A model generated the notes under the pieces. That model ran no database searches, had not been told where the DNA came from, and was given only the letters and a program-made list of their open reading frames with translations. A stretch of DNA of 64,000 nt, from the NCBI GenBank assembly GCA_051294375.1, contig CM119270.1, forward strand, positions 4,332,301-4,396,300, written 5' to 3'. This DNA is from Paraspadella gotoi. Lineage: Eukaryota; Animalia; Chaetognatha. How positions within the stretch are numbered: the first letter of the stretch is position 1; every line of letters begins with the position of its first letter. The translations under genes were made by a program, and so were the position numbers. Of this stretch, positions 62,225-64,000 are shown piece by piece.

Positions 62225-64000
62225 ACATTTACTGCCTTTACATATAAAGTCAAGCGCTTAATTAAGTGGAGAGAAAAAAGGGGATTAAATGGAATTAAGT
62301 GAAGTTTGGGAGCAAAAGAGGGAAAAAGAGGAAAATGAATGAGAGGGAGGAAGATGAGAAAAGGAGGAAGGAGGAATTAGGAAAAGTGGAAAAATAGGAA
62401 GACAATGGGAAGACGGAGATAATGGGAAAAAAGAGACAGAGAGAGAGAGACGGAGAGAAAATAAATGAAGGAGTAAAATGATGGAAAGTTAGTGTCGCGA
62501 AGGTAAACGAGAGACACAAAAGGAAAAGGAAGAGAAAAGAAAGGGAAAACAGACAATAAAAGTTAATAAAAAGAGAAAAAAGGAAAAGAGAGGAAAAGAG
62601 AAAGGAAAAGAAAAGGAAAAAGAAAAAAAAAGAGATTAGGAAAAAGAAAGGAAAAAAGAATGGAAAAGAAAGGAAAAAGAAAGGAAAAAGAAAATAAAAG
62701 AAAAGGAAAAAGAAAGAAAGAGAAAGAAAAAGAAATGAAAAGAAAGGAAACAAAGGAGGTGAAAGACGAAAAATGTCAATTCAGGAAGTTTCCTGAGGAA
62801 AATTTCATATCAAATTGAGCCGAAAATTAAATGAAAAAAAAAAAGTTTTGCTGAATTTAATTGAAAATCAATACCTGATTTGTATGTAACCTAGTCGAGA
62901 CTCTGTTGGTTTACATACTACCACATTACAACAGCTATGCCCGAGATATTGAAGACGCCAAATTATTCTAGATGTAAAAAAAATCCTTTTAAAAGTCTAA
63001 TTGGGGAACGATGGATAAAAAAGAACCAGACGGGCAGAAGTTTCCGGAGAACTTGTTAATTACTACTGTAATCTTAAGCAAAACTAATTAATTCCTTAAT
63101 AATTCGTCAATGCGGTAACAAAAGGAACGACGAACCGCTCAAAAAAAAGAAGGAAAATTTAATAAAACCGAAAATTCTGAGANNNNNNNNNNNNNNNNNN
63201 NNNNNNNCAACATTTTACGCCCTTTTACATATAAAGTAAGCGCACTTAATTAGTGGAGAAAAAAAAAGGGGATTAAATGGAATTAAATGTGAGATTTGGG
63301 ACGACAAAGAGGGAAAAAAAGAAATAATCATGAGAGGAGGAAGACGAGAAAAGGAAAGGGAGGAATTACGGAAAAGTGGAAAAATAGGAAGACAATGGTG
63401 GAGACGGAGATAATGGGAAAAACAGAGCAGAGAGAAGAGACGGAGAGAAAATAAATGAAGGAGTTAAAATGATGGAAAGTTTAGTCGGCTCAGGTAAACG
63501 AGAGACACAAAGGAAAGGAAGAGAAAAGAAAGGGAAACACGACAATAAAAGTTAATAAAAGAGAAAAAAGGAAAAGAGAGGAAAGAGAAAGGAAAAAGAA
63601 GAGAAAAAGAAAGAAAAAGAAGATAGGAAAGAAAGGAAAAGAAAGGAAAAGAATAAAGAAAAGGAAAAGAAAGAAAGAGAAGAAGAAAAGAAATGAAAAG
63701 AAAGGAAAACAAAGGATCGGTGAAAGACGAAAAAAAATGTCAATTCAGGGAAGTTTCCTGAGGAAAATTTCATATCAAAATTGAGCCGAAATTTAACATG
63801 AAATAAAAAAAGTTTTGCTGAATTTAATGAAAAATCATACCTGATTTGTATGTAACCTAGTCGAGACTCTGTTGTTTTTACATTACTACACATTACACAA
63901 TGCTATGCCGAGATATTGAGCCAAAATTTATTCTATTAAAAAAAATCCTTTAAAACTTAATTTGGGAACGTGGATAAAAAAGAACCCGCGCAGGAGTTTC
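62225..64000. repeat. Tandem duplicate across an N gap (62225-63060 matches 63208-64000)
   Basis: Both begin CAACATTT(T)AC.GCC.TTTACATATAAAGT and remain colinear to the window end. Confidence 0.9.

Noticed and set aside
57300-64000. Real segmental duplications at the window end
   Set aside because: Copies abut N gaps and differ mainly by 1-nt indels, so uncollapsed haplotypes or reads are more likely. Read depth is needed to confirm.

Overview
Eukaryotic, AT-rich animal-like genomic DNA with GC/CpG-rich exons, GT-AG introns, many (GA)n microsatellites, N gaps and several indel-noisy segments. The six-frame ORF track is mostly spurious, so genes were rebuilt by hand from phase-compatible splice junctions. 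Genes: (1) the 3' part of a + strand gene for a low-complexity tail-anchored membrane protein (382-7328), with an intronless, frameshifted EamA/DMT (SLC35G-like) gene nested antisense in one intron; (2) a - strand gene for a Cys/Trp-repeat + Thr-rich stalk + coiled-coil protein (16619 to about 11490); (3) a - strand secreted precursor with 13 RPFTF-type pentapeptides ending in Gly-stop (19205-17965); (4) a + strand single-pass, Ig-like receptor gene (48055 to at least 55023). Mobile and repeat DNA: a 3.5-kb inverted duplication around an N gap, two related CsRn1-clade Ty3/Gypsy retrotransposons (one full-length with LTRs), three tRNA-like SINE heads and several minisatellites. Also present is a 3.57-kb non-autonomous CAC...GTG DNA element inserted at the gag-pol junction of one Gypsy copy. 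Its two ends are asymmetric by about one helical turn (RSS-like), and its left end is amplified about 7.3 times in tandem. The last 7 kb is largely duplicated sequence, probably an assembly artefact. No CRISPR array or rRNA was seen.
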